Notes: generated from the letters alone by a model not told the origin. Shown: positions 1-8,318, counted from the first letter of the stretch. The stretch: 32,000 nt of DNA from Caldimicrobium thiodismutans (GCF_001548275.1 NZ_AP014945.1:1020001-1052000); one strand, 5' to 3'. Numbers and translations: made by a program.

Positions 1-1
1 T

Positions 2-247
2 CGTCAGATTTTAAGGATTGCCATTGTGGCTGAGCTTGATGCCATAAACCTCTATGAACAACTTGCCAGTCTTACAGAGGACGAAAATTTAAGGGCCGTT
101 CTTTTAGATGTGGCCAGAGAGGAAAAGACCCATGTGGGAGAATTTATGGAGATGCTTCTTAGAAAAGATGATGAACAGGTTGAGGAACTTGAGGCAGGAA
201 GAGAAGAGGTAGAAGAAATCCTTGAAGGGGAAGAAGAGGCAGAATAG
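2..247 (+). CDS. Ferritin-like / rubrerythrin-fold diiron protein (EncFtn-like), 5'-truncated by the window edge
   Basis: The frame is open from nt 2 (RQILRIAIVAELDAINLYEQ...). It shows the two-helix ferritin-like pattern AExDAINxYE ... EEKTHVGEF (ExxH metal motif) and an acidic C-terminal tail. The GTG at 26 in the ORF track is probably internal. Confidence 0.6.
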   Translation, partial: RQILRIAIVAELDAINLYEQLASLTEDENLRAVLLDVAREEKTHVGEFMEMLLRKDDEQVEELEAGREEVEEILEGEEEAE

Positions 248-2432
248 AAAGGGATTATCTCAATCTTTGAAAAGTAAATTTTTCTTTTTTCTTCTTTGTT
301 TATTATTGTTTTCATATTTAAGAGGTTCTCTTTATGCCTATCCAGCGGTAAAAGCTTTAGAACTTACAGCCCAAAGGGTTGAAGTTCTTCAAGGTGGGAA
401 AAAGGTCTATGCTGAAGGGGACATCATAATTGAAAGGGAGGGCTATCTTCTTTATGCTGGAAGTTTAACTTATGAACCGGGAACGGAGCTTTTAGAGGTA
501 TCCAATTTTAAGCTCTTTGATCTTACTCAGAATGCAACCCTTCTCGGGGAAAAGGGACAATTTGATTTAAGAAATGGTGAGATCTGGAGTTCTAAGATCT
601 TTATCTATTACAAAAAAGAGGGATTCAAGATAAAGGCCTGGAATTTTTCTAAAAATGCCCTTAATGAATACTATGCTGAGAGAGCCCTCATCACAACCTG
701 TGAGCTTGATTGTGAAAAGGAGGAGTTTCCTCCCTGGAGTGTGGAAGTCAAAAATATAGTTCTTACTCCAGAAGGGATTTCCACTGCAGATGCAACTACT
801 TTCAGAGCAGGTAAAGTTCCTCTTCTTTATCTCCCTAAAAAGATGTTTTTACCCAGGGTAAGTCTTCCCATTTTTGAACCCCGAAAGGCTGGTTTTTTAC
901 CACCAGGAATCACTCAGGGTAGTAGGCTTGGTTTTGGTCTCCAAATTCCCTATTTTTTACCTCTCACAGATCAGATTGATTTTACCATTGCTCCTCTTTA
1001 TACAACTAAGAGAGGTCTTATCTGGGATTTAGAAAATCAATTGGCTTTAACAGAAAATACTAAAAGCTTAATAAGGGTGCGCTATCTCAGGGATACTAAA
1101 AGAGGAGAGTATGCTACCGAGGAGGCCCCTAAAAATCGTTACTGGATCACCGGAAAAGTTGATATCTCAGCTGCGAAAAACTGGGATCTACACTTAGATC
1201 TTGATTTTCTTTCGGATAAAGATTTTCTTGAAGAGTTCAATGTGGGGGAGGGTAGTTTTGATAATATCAAGAAACTTTATCTTGATAGATTCAACCGAGA
1301 TGTGGATGATAAAGCCCAGGACTTTCGCACCTCAAGTCTCTGGTTCCAGTATTTTAAGCATAGTCTTTATACCCGTTTGCAGAGTTCCTACCTTGATTAC
1401 AATGGAGCTGGAAATAAGAAGGAAGTTCTTCAACCCTTAGCAGGTTTTCATCTTTCCCTTCTTCCCTTCCAATTTAAGGGTATTATTCCAGCCCTCAATC
1501 TTGATTATAATTATTTTTATAGAGAAACAAATTATTATGGTAATAGATTTGGTCTAAATCTTGAGGCCAGTTACCCTTTTTCCTATCAATTTTTGAAAAG
1601 TGAGGTCAAAGTAAATTATAAGAATTATCTTTATTTATTGGAGGATTCAGGAAATTTTACAGACAAATCCTTGCATACCAATCTCTTTGAGCTCTCTTTG
1701 ACCACCTATACTCAACTTTTTCGCACCTTTAGTCTTGGTGAAGGGGCAAGACCCTTTCAATTCCAACATATCCTTAAACCCTATTTGACCTTTTTTTATC
1801 GGAAAAAAATAAACGGAGATTTCCTACCCACCTTTATGTATGAAGATTATCTAACAGAAAAGGCTAAGGCTATAGAATATGGGATCTGGCAGTATTTTAA
1901 TCTGGCTAATCAAAAGAACTTTTTTGTTCTGAGGGCCTATCAACAATATGATTTTACTAAGGCTGAGAGATCTGCAACGGCAACCAAACCTGAGGAAAGG
2001 GCTTTTTCGGATCTTTTCATTCAGGCCTTTTCAAACTGGAAAGATCGTTTGGCTATGCGCTATGATACAGCCTATAATTTTTATGGACTTGGAATTAAAA
2101 AACATTCCCTCACCCTGGGTTTGAGAAAAATTTTGCTGGATGCCATAGATTTTACTTATCAGGAAGATAGAGCTTGGGATACGAAACAAGCAACTTTAAA
2201 GCTTGGAGAGCTTTTTAAAGAGAGATTTTTAATAAATTACTATATCTCAAGAAATTTAAAGATTAATGAAACCACCGAACAAAAACTTGAAGCCCTCTAT
2301 CTTCACGATTGCTATCTTGTTGGGCTTGGGGTTTCAATTACCCCGAGAGATACCAAATTCTATTTCAGAGTTGATCTGAAAGGACTTGGAGGACTGGGAG
2401 AGAAGACTCTTTACCAGTCCGAAGTTCAATAA
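222..2432 (+). CDS. lptD: LPS-assembly outer membrane protein LptD/OstA family
   Basis: 736 aa with an N-terminal signal-like segment (KSKFFFFLLCLLLFSYLRGSLYA). An OstA-like N-domain is followed by a long Y/F/N/L-rich beta-barrel-type region. The start is uncertain: TTG at 222 overlaps the upstream gene by 26 nt, and in-frame TTG at 267 gives MKSKFFFF... Confidence 0.75.
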   Translation: MKGKKRQNRKGLSQSLKSKFFFFLLCLLLFSYLRGSLYAYPAVKALELTAQRVEVLQGGKKVYAEGDIIIEREGYLLYAGSLTYEPGTELLEVSNFKLFDLTQNATLLGEKGQFDLRNGEIWSSKIFIYYKKEGFKIKAWNFSKNALNEYYAERALITTCELDCEKEEFPPWSVEVKNIVLTPEGISTADATTFRAGKVPLLYLPKKMFLPRVSLPIFEPRKAGFLPPGITQGSRLGFGLQIPYFLPLTDQIDFTIAPLYTTKRGLIWDLENQLALTENTKSLIRVRYLRDTKRGEYATEEAPKNRYWITGKVDISAAKNWDLHLDLDFLSDKDFLEEFNVGEGSFDNIKKLYLDRFNRDVDDKAQDFRTSSLWFQYFKHSLYTRLQSSYLDYNGAGNKKEVLQPLAGFHLSLLPFQFKGIIPALNLDYNYFYRETNYYGNRFGLNLEASYPFSYQFLKSEVKVNYKNYLYLLEDSGNFTDKSLHTNLFELSLTTYTQLFRTFSLGEGARPFQFQHILKPYLTFFYRKKINGDFLPTFMYEDYLTEKAKAIEYGIWQYFNLANQKNFFVLRAYQQYDFTKAERSATATKPEERAFSDLFIQAFSNWKDRLAMRYDTAYNFYGLGIKKHSLTLGLRKILLDAIDFTYQEDRAWDTKQATLKLGELFKERFLINYYISRNLKINETTEQKLEALYLHDCYLVGLGVSITPRDTKFYFRVDLKGLGGLGEKTLYQSEVQ

Positions 2433-3477
2433 TAACCAGATCAGGCGGGGTCAAAAATCTCATAGGAGGACCACCCGTGCCAAGCCCTTTACTGACCAAG
2501 AGATAACCTCCTTGTGTTAATGTGTGTAAGCCAGGATATTCAAGATCAAAAAAATATTTAAGAAGCCATTTTCCAACAGGATAATACAACCCTCCATGGG
2601 TGTGCCCTGAAAGCATAAGATCAAAAAGTCCATAAGCTGATGGATTTACCCTGGGTTTGTGTTTTAATAGGATCACAAACTTGCCTTTTGGAACCTCTTT
2701 AAGGAATACCTTTTCATCAAGAGGACCCTTACACCTTTTGAAATATCTGCAGTCATCATCATCCAGACCTGCTATAACAAGAAAATTTTCAATCTCATAG
2801 ATATCACCCCTTAAGACCTTAAATCCCGCATCTTCTGTAAAGGTAAGAGCCTTTTCAATTCCTCGATAGTATTCGTGGTTCCCCACAATAGCAATCTTTC
2901 CATAAGGTGCATCAATAGTTTTTAAGGCGAACTTTAGATCTGCTTTGTTATCCATATTGCCGTCCACAAGGTCACCTGTTGAGACAATAAGCTGGGGCTT
3001 AAACCTTTGAACAGCCTTTTTTACTATGTCAATTTTATCAAGCCCCATAACAGGCCCTAAGTGGAGGTCACTGATTTGGAGTATTCTAAAAGGAGAGGTT
3101 TCTTGAGGAATCTTGGAAGAGGTGATTGTAAGATAAATAACCTCAGGTTTTAAGGTTTCATAATAGCTATAAAGGGAAAAAAGAATAGCCATTCCTAAGG
3201 AAAAGGAAAGTCTTTTGGTAAAGGGGCGAAGTATAAGGTCAAAGATAATAAAATAGAGGAGAAAGCCCATCCAGAAAAGGGCTGAAAAACTTATAAGAAA
3301 TGAGAGAAAAGGGGAAAGATAATGATCAGAAAGCCGTATGAAAAGTGGGGAAAGGAAAGCAAGTATTAAGAGTAATTTAATAACAAGATGTCTGGGATGA
3401 AGTCTAAAATAAAGATAAAGGTGCATCAAAAAATAAAGAGTAAAAAAGGTGAAAATAAAAAGGATAGGGGAAAGCAT
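2365..3477 (-). CDS. Membrane-anchored calcineurin-like metallophosphoesterase (YkuE/COG1408-like)
   Basis: Several hydrophobic helices lie at the N-terminus. The phosphoesterase motifs follow in order: ISDLHLG, GDLVDG, GNHEYY, GHTHGG. Its ATG overlaps the feoB stop (TAATG at 3475-3479). Confidence 0.85.
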   Translation of the reverse strand: MLSPILFIFTFFTLYFLMHLYLYFRLHPRHLVIKLLLILAFLSPLFIRLSDHYLSPFLSFLISFSALFWMGFLLYFIIFDLILRPFTKRLSFSLGMAILFSLYSYYETLKPEVIYLTITSSKIPQETSPFRILQISDLHLGPVMGLDKIDIVKKAVQRFKPQLIVSTGDLVDGNMDNKADLKFALKTIDAPYGKIAIVGNHEYYRGIEKALTFTEDAGFKVLRGDIYEIENFLVIAGLDDDDCRYFKRCKGPLDEKVFLKEVPKGKFVILLKHKPRVNPSAYGLFDLMLSGHTHGGLYYPVGKWLLKYFFDLEYPGLHTLTQGGYLLVSKGLGTGGPPMRFLTPPDLVIIELRTGKESSLPVLQVLSDQL

Positions 3478-5402
3478 TAGAAAAGTTTATAGACCCCAAA
3501 GGATAGGATCCATGCCAGGACAAAACTATAAAGCAAAAAGCCTATGGCAAGCCCTTTGGAACCTTCTTTCCACATGGTCACAAAGGTTGCTACACAGGAA
3601 TTATAAATAAGAACAAAAACTAAGAAGGAAAAGGCTGAGGCCTGAGTAAAAAGTCCCTTTAGTTCACCCTTTAAAGAATCTGCCTCTATTTCAAAGGAGG
3701 AGGGATAGGGGTTTAGGAGAGAGAAAAAGGCCTTTTGAAAGGCTAAAAGAAGGCTTTCGCCCTGTTCCTTTAAAGCTGAAAGGGGATCAAATTTTTTAGT
3801 TTCCTTTTCTTTTTCTGCCTTAAGTATTACCGCAAGATTACTTAAAATGGCTTCTCTTGCCAGAAAGGCTGGAATAAGGGAGGTTGTAATCTTCCAGTCT
3901 CCAAGGCCAATGGGTTCAAATATCGGGGAGAGGGTTTTTCCAATCCTACCTGCTAAGGTCTTTTCAAGATCCTTTTCTCCATAAGGAAGATTTAAGATTA
4001 GCCAGATCCCTACTGCTATGGCAAAAATAACAGTGCCTGCTCGTATAACAAATCTTTTTACATGTAGAAAAACAATGGAGAAAAGCACTTTGAAAGAGGG
4101 TATTCTATAGGGAGGAAGATCCATAATAAAATGAGAAAGCTCCTTTTTTAAAAGGGTTTTTCTTAGAATAAGACTGGTTATGAAAGCTAAGAAAATTCCT
4201 ATAAGGTAAAGGAGAAAAATTAAAAGGGCAGGCCTTGTAAAAAAGGTCAGGGCAAAAAATCCAAAGACCACAAGCCTTGCCGAACAGGACATAAAGGGAA
4301 TCATAGAGATTATTAGAAGGCGATCCTTTTTATCTTGTATAGTGCGAGTAGCTAATATGGCCGGAACATTACATCCAAATCCCAGAATCAAGGGAATTAC
4401 ACTTTGGCCATGAAGTCCAATTCTATGCGTAAAGCGATCCATAAGAAAGGCAACCCGAGGAAGATACCCTGAGGTCTCAAGAAGAGTAAGAAAGAAAAAC
4501 ATAATAAAGATGAGAGGTAAAAAGGTAAGAACAATTCCAAGCCCACCTAAGACTGCACCAATTAAAAAGTCCTTTAAAAGAGAAGGGGCCTGAATTGAAT
4601 CCAAAAGACTTAAAAGAGCTGGCTCAAGGAAGTCCTGAAAAAAGCCATCAATAAAATCTACAAGAGGGGAAGAGAGATCAAAAACAAATTTAAAGGTAAG
4701 ATAAAGAATGAGAAATAGAAAGAAGAAGCCAAGGATAGGGTGAAGGAAAACTTGATCAAGTATTTCAGTAAAGCTTTTTTTGGGAAGAAGGGGCTTTTTT
4801 ACTACCTCTGCGTAAATCCCTTTCACTAAGGAGTGCCGTTTTTCCTCTTTTAAAAGCTTAGGCTCATTTTCAGCTAAAAAGAATTCAGGTCGTGGTAGAA
4901 GGCCCTTTTCATGGGTGTCAATAATAGCAGGCAATAACTCTTTTACCCCCTCCCCTGTGCGTCCAATGGTTTTTAAAACTTTTATTTTGAATAGTTCAGA
5001 AAAGCGTCTCTCATCAATGTAGATGCCTATGTTTTCAGCCTCATCACTCATGTTGAGTGCTATAAGCATAGGTTTTTGAAGCTCACAGAGTTGAGTAGTC
5101 AAAAAGAGGTCTCTTTCCAAACGGGGACTTTCAATAACATGAAGGATTAGATCATAGTCTCCCTGTTTGAGGGTTTCAAGAGTTACCACTTCATCCTCTG
5201 AAAAGGCCTTTTCTAAGGTGTAAACACCTGGTAAATCTATAAATTCAATTTCATAGTCCTGAAAAAGGGTTTTTCCTTCTCTTTTTTCAACAGTAACCCC
5301 TGGCCAGTTTCCAATTTTAAGATTTGTGCCAGCCAGATGATTAAGAAGACTTGTTTTCCCTACATTGGGATTTCCAACAAGAAGAACTTTTATTTTTTTC
5401 AT
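3477..5402 (-). CDS. feoB: Ferrous iron transporter FeoB
   Basis: The N-terminal G-domain has GNPNVGKTSLLN (G1), DLPG (G3) and NMSD (G4). A large polytopic membrane domain follows. 641 aa. Confidence 0.95.
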   Translation of the reverse strand: MKKIKVLLVGNPNVGKTSLLNHLAGTNLKIGNWPGVTVEKREGKTLFQDYEIEFIDLPGVYTLEKAFSEDEVVTLETLKQGDYDLILHVIESPRLERDLFLTTQLCELQKPMLIALNMSDEAENIGIYIDERRFSELFKIKVLKTIGRTGEGVKELLPAIIDTHEKGLLPRPEFFLAENEPKLLKEEKRHSLVKGIYAEVVKKPLLPKKSFTEILDQVFLHPILGFFFLFLILYLTFKFVFDLSSPLVDFIDGFFQDFLEPALLSLLDSIQAPSLLKDFLIGAVLGGLGIVLTFLPLIFIMFFFLTLLETSGYLPRVAFLMDRFTHRIGLHGQSVIPLILGFGCNVPAILATRTIQDKKDRLLIISMIPFMSCSARLVVFGFFALTFFTRPALLIFLLYLIGIFLAFITSLILRKTLLKKELSHFIMDLPPYRIPSFKVLFSIVFLHVKRFVIRAGTVIFAIAVGIWLILNLPYGEKDLEKTLAGRIGKTLSPIFEPIGLGDWKITTSLIPAFLAREAILSNLAVILKAEKEKETKKFDPLSALKEQGESLLLAFQKAFFSLLNPYPSSFEIEADSLKGELKGLFTQASAFSFLVFVLIYNSCVATFVTMWKEGSKGLAIGFLLYSFVLAWILSFGVYKLF

Positions 5403-5408
5403 TGGTAG

Positions 5409-5759
5409 TTAATCCTTCAAGAAAGGGCAGATTTTGTGAAGAAGTCCCCACCGTTTTCTTTTTCTAAGGAGTTTCCCCTCCTGTGGGCAAGCGTTATCGA
5501 TAAATTCACAGGAAATGTCTTGGCAGATTTCAGGATTTCTTTTTATAAGTTCAACTTCTATCTTTTCAGCTAAGTCTTTACTGATTATCAGCCTGTTTAA
5601 ACCATTGCGGATGAGAATATTTCTTCCACATTTTCTAAGCACCTCAAACTGAGATCCTTTACGCAATCCCATAGCAGAAATCTTTTTGAGAATATCCTTT
5701 TCTTCAATAAAATCCCTGATTATCACTATATCTCCACATTCTACTTCCTTAAGAGTCAT
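5409..5759 (-). CDS. feoA: FeoA domain protein with Cys-rich C-terminal extension
   Basis: FeoA-like SH3 core (LKEVECGDIVIIRDF...GLRKGSQFEVLRK...ILIRNGLNRLIISKDLAEKIEV). Preferred start is ATG 5759 (MTLKEV), preceded by GGAGGT and lying 2 nt after the fur stop. The track start at 5780 would overlap fur. Confidence 0.85.
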   Translation of the reverse strand: MTLKEVECGDIVIIRDFIEEKDILKKISAMGLRKGSQFEVLRKCGRNILIRNGLNRLIISKDLAEKIEVELIKRNPEICQDISCEFIDNACPQEGKLLRKRKRWGLLHKICPFLKD

Positions 5760-5761
5760 TT

Positions 5762-6196
5762 TTATTTTACCTCCCGGCAATTAGGACAGATCCCAAAAAT
5801 TTCTAAATGATAGGTAAGAAGTTTATATCCTCTAAAGTCTTCGTGTTCTTTAATAAGCTTATTTAATCTTTCATCTACAACCTCTTCAACCTTGGCACAC
5901 CTTATGCAAATAAAGTGAAGATGGGGCATTTTGTTAAGGGTGACCTCGTAGTGGGAGTGGCCTCCCTGTTTGTAAACCTCTTGAATATAACCTGCTTCAA
6001 TAAGCAGGGGAAGAGTTCTATAAATGGAGGCCTTAGATATTTTGCTATTTTTATTTTTAAGGCGTAGATGTAGACCCTCTACATCAAAGTGATCTTTCAG
6101 AGAAAGTATCTCTCTTAAAATTTCCTCTCTTTCAGGAGTATATTTTAATCCCTTTTGCCGGATAAATTTTCTGAATTCTTCAATAAAGGTCTCCAT
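5762..6196 (-). CDS. fur: Fur family metalloregulator
   Basis: Winged-helix N-domain (ASIYRTLPLLIEAGYI), then HSHYE, HLHFICIRC and CPNC metal-site motifs. 144 aa, immediately upstream of feoAB. Confidence 0.9.
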   Translation of the reverse strand: METFIEEFRKFIRQKGLKYTPEREEILREILSLKDHFDVEGLHLRLKNKNSKISKASIYRTLPLLIEAGYIQEVYKQGGHSHYEVTLNKMPHLHFICIRCAKVEEVVDERLNKLIKEHEDFRGYKLLTYHLEIFGICPNCREVK

Positions 6197-6215
6197 AGAG
6201 CCCTCACAGATTTTT

Positions 6216-6230
6216 TGAAATTTATTCTCA
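6216..6230 (-). promoter_or_regulatory. Candidate Fur box overlapping the fur-feoAB transcription start region
   Basis: The minus strand reads TGAGAATAAATTTCA. That matches the 7-1-7 Fur consensus TGATAATnATTATCA at 11 of 14 positions, just downstream of the predicted -10. Confidence 0.35.
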
Positions 6231-6235
6231 ATTTT

Positions 6236-6263
6236 AAAATAAATTCTTTTCTAAGATTGTCAA
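6236..6263 (-). promoter_or_regulatory. Sigma-70-type promoter for the fur-feoA-feoB operon
   Basis: Minus strand: TTGACA (6263-6258), 16-nt spacer, TATTTT (6241-6236). The -35 lies 6 nt from the repeat terminus GGACGCATAC. Confidence 0.5.
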
Positions 6264-6269
6264 GAACCA

Positions 6270-6371
6270 GTATGCGTCCATATCTTTTGAGGCTCTATAG
6301 GATTTTTTACTATTTTATTTTTTACCTCTTTCCCCTTTTCTACCCTTTCTTTTTCTTGTAAGGATATGCAC
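6270..6371 (-). repeat. Intergenic repeat family copy 1 (short form, reads on the minus strand)
   Basis: Reverse complement: GTGCATATCCTTACAAGAAAAAGAAAGGG...AAAAAATCCTATAGAGCCTCAAAAGATATGGACGCATAC. It shares both cores with copies at 6667, 11216 and 24790 and the 3' core with the copy at 31621. Confidence 0.8.
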
Positions 6372-6666
6372 TTATACAAAAGTCCAGATCTTTACTGCAT
6401 ACACAGACAGGTTTTTTAGAAAGGGTAACTGTATTTGCGATAAGGTTATCTATCAAAAGGTCTGTGAATTTGGTATTGACTATTCCCAGGGCTATTATTT
6501 TCACTCTCCTCTTTCCCCTCCAGAATTGAAAAAGTACTTAAATCAGATTGAGTTTTTATTTCCCTTTTATTAGCCCCGCATCATCCCTTTTTCCAAAGAT
6601 TTTTTTAATACTTTATAATAATTTTTTCTGAGCCTTTTAGTTATCTTATAATCCTTTTCACAGGGG

Positions 6667-6779
6667 GTGCATGAGTTTGTATCCTTACAATAAAAAGAAA
6701 GATTTGAAAAAGGAAAGAAGTAAGAGGTGAGAGGTAGTAGAAAAAATCCTCTTGAGTCTTAAAAGATAGGGACGCATAC
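6667..6779 (+). repeat. Intergenic repeat family copy 2 (short form), inverted relative to copy 1
   Basis: GTGCATGAGTTTGTATCCTTACAATAAAAAGAAAG...AGTAAGAGGTGAGAGGTAGTAGAAAAAATCCTCTTGAGTCTTAAAAGATAGGGACGCATAC. Confidence 0.8.
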
Positions 6780-6785
6780 AACAAG

Positions 6786-6814
6786 TTGATTGATTCCAAG
6801 GCATATATTAAAAT
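6786..6814 (+). promoter_or_regulatory. Sigma-70-type promoter for the lapA-like / serine hydrolase genes
   Basis: TTGATT (6786-6791), 17-nt spacer, TAAAAT (6809-6814). The -35 starts 6 nt after the repeat terminus. Confidence 0.55.
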
Positions 6815-6871
6815 GATGGGAAATTGAAAAAATAGTTTTATAAAAGCGTTTTTTTTTGAAAGGGGGAAAGG

Positions 6872-7168
6872 ATGTTAAGAATTATTCTCTGGATAATTTT
6901 GGTTTTGGGGCTTACTCTCTTTGTGGTTTTTAATGTGGAGCCTAAAGTCACCGTGCATCTTTTACCAGGAGTTTCTCTTGAAGGGATGCCTCTTGCTTTA
7001 GTGATTATGGTAAGCTTTCTTCTTGGGCTTCTTTTTGGGCTTTTAATCCTTTTTCCTCAGATTATTCGAGCAAGGCTCAGGGAAAATCAACTGACAAAGG
7101 AGTTGCAAGGTCTCAAAACAGTAAAGCCTGAGGATAAAGAGAATGCCAAAGATAGTCCCAATTCTTGA
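6872..7168 (+). CDS. LapA-domain (DUF1049) inner-membrane protein
   Basis: 98 aa with two TM helices and the typical pattern LFVVFNVEPKVTVHLLPG...PLALVIMVSFLLGLLFGLL. A basic/coiled tail follows. RBS GGGGGAAAGG precedes the ATG. Confidence 0.75.
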   Translation: MLRIILWIILVLGLTLFVVFNVEPKVTVHLLPGVSLEGMPLALVIMVSFLLGLLFGLLILFPQIIRARLRENQLTKELQGLKTVKPEDKENAKDSPNS

Positions 7169-8204
7169 ACTTCTTAAGGAGGGAGTTAAAAAAGGGGTCT
7201 TCCCGGGTGCTGTTTCAGGAATTTTTTATCAGGGAAGAACCTATGTAATTGCAGGAGGCTATGCCTCCCTTACTCCTTTTCTTGAACCTGTAGAAGAGGC
7301 ATTTCTTTATGATCTTGCTTCCCTAACCAAACCTCTGGGGTTAGGCTTAACCTTAATTTATCATCTTAATAAAAAGCCCCTTCTTGATCTTGAAAAACCT
7401 TTAAGGACTTATCTTGAGGTTGAGCCTCCCCTTGGAGAGGTGCCTCTTTTTCGTTTTCTCAATCATACTTCTGGACTTTCAGCCTGGCATCCCTTTTATA
7501 AAGAAAAACCTCTAACTCTTGAAAAGATCTTTCAGCATATAAAGGAAAGGCCTCTTGAATACGAACCCGGGAAGCGCTGTCTTTATTCGGATCTAAATTT
7601 TTTCCTCTTTACCTATCTTCTTGAAAGAATTTATGGAAAATCCATTGAGGAATTATTTGAAGAGGCCAAGGCAAAGATTCCCTTTTCAAGAAAAGCTGTT
7701 CTTACTTTTAAGCCCCTTTTAAAGGGAATTGATGAAGAAAGAATCGTTCCAACCTCAATTGATCCTGAGACCAAAAAGATCTTGAGAGGGATTGTTGAGG
7801 ATGAAAATACAAGAGCCCTATCTGGAGTTAGTGGGGTTGCCGGGCTTTTTGGAAATATTTACGGGGTTCTGGAACTCTTAATTGAGCTTCTTAAGACTTA
7901 TAGAGGAGAAAAAAGTTTTCTTAATTCGGAACTTATAAAATATTTTTTTGAATTTGAGGATCCCCTTTCAGATTTTGCCTTAATTTTTATGAGGCCTTCA
8001 AAAGAGGGTTATTCAGCGGCAGGAGAAGCTCTTTCAGAAAAAACCATCGGGCATCTTGGATACACAGGTTGTTCTTTTTTTATTGATCTTGAAAGAGATT
8101 TAATTATTGTGCTTTTAAGCAACAGGGTTCATCCTCAGAGAGGAAATGAAAAGATAAAGGATTTTCGGCCCATATTTCACAGGGTAGTAGTTGAAAATTT
8201 ATAA
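7143..8204 (+). CDS. Beta-lactamase-fold serine hydrolase (class C / esterase-like)
   Basis: SxxK active-site motif (ASLTKP). The N-terminus G-FPGAV...G and the C-terminal HLGYTGCSFFIDLERDLIIVLLSNRVHP are typical of the family. It overlaps the upstream gene by 26 nt. Confidence 0.8.
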   Translation: MPKIVPILELLKEGVKKGVFPGAVSGIFYQGRTYVIAGGYASLTPFLEPVEEAFLYDLASLTKPLGLGLTLIYHLNKKPLLDLEKPLRTYLEVEPPLGEVPLFRFLNHTSGLSAWHPFYKEKPLTLEKIFQHIKERPLEYEPGKRCLYSDLNFFLFTYLLERIYGKSIEELFEEAKAKIPFSRKAVLTFKPLLKGIDEERIVPTSIDPETKKILRGIVEDENTRALSGVSGVAGLFGNIYGVLELLIELLKTYRGEKSFLNSELIKYFFEFEDPLSDFALIFMRPSKEGYSAAGEALSEKTIGHLGYTGCSFFIDLERDLIIVLLSNRVHPQRGNEKIKDFRPIFHRVVVENL

Positions 8205-8284
8205 TCTACCTTATTGAGTATAGAAGATGCGGACACCATTAAAGGGATTGCATTAGTAGGAAATTGCATGAGAAAAAATTAACA

Positions 8285-8312
8285 TTGATTTTGAAAAAAG
8301 AGGCCTTAAAAT
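8285..8312 (+). promoter_or_regulatory. Sigma-70-type promoter placed for a leaderless transcript of the AAA-ATPase/PD-(D/E)XK gene
   Basis: TTGATT (8285-8290), 16-nt spacer, TAAAAT (8307-8312). Only 6 nt (AAAGCT) separate the -10 from ATG 8319, and there is no Shine-Dalgarno. Confidence 0.4.
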
Positions 8313-8318
8313 AAAGCT

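Noticed and set aside
2-247. Ferritin-like gene as an encapsulin cargo (EncFtn) system
   Set aside because: The fold-level motif resembles EncFtn, but the C-terminus is a plain acidic tail rather than a Gly/Ser/Leu-type targeting peptide. The downstream gene is lptD, not an encapsulin shell. The upstream side is outside the window, so the idea cannot be supported.
52-315. 87-aa minus-strand ORF, plus the many other 60-107-aa ORFs antisense to or out of frame within long genes (for example 1201-1440, 9451-9666, 10163-10381, 10404-10595, 12967-13211, 13610-14080, 14581-14811, 15760-16187, 16666-16893, 17848-18030, 19649-19903, 20460-20663, 21119-21328, 21825-22022, 23687-23872, 24254-24505, 25111-25434, 27205-27418, 28397-28591, 30369-30560, 30767-30988, 31240-31515)
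   Set aside because: Each is nested in a much longer ORF with clear family motifs. Their translations are low-complexity (S/F/L/K-rich or P/A-rich) with no RBS support. They are typical shadow ORFs.
6340-6504. 54-aa minus-strand sORF (GTG start, MKIIALGIVNTKFTDLLIDNLIANTVTLSKKPVCVCSKDLDFC...) in the spacer between the inverted repeat copies
   Set aside because: The N-terminus looks protein-like, but the ORF is short and uses GTG with poorly spaced SD-like purines. Its C-terminus runs into the repeat 5' core. I cannot match it to a family by eye. It might be a gene remnant and needs a homology search.
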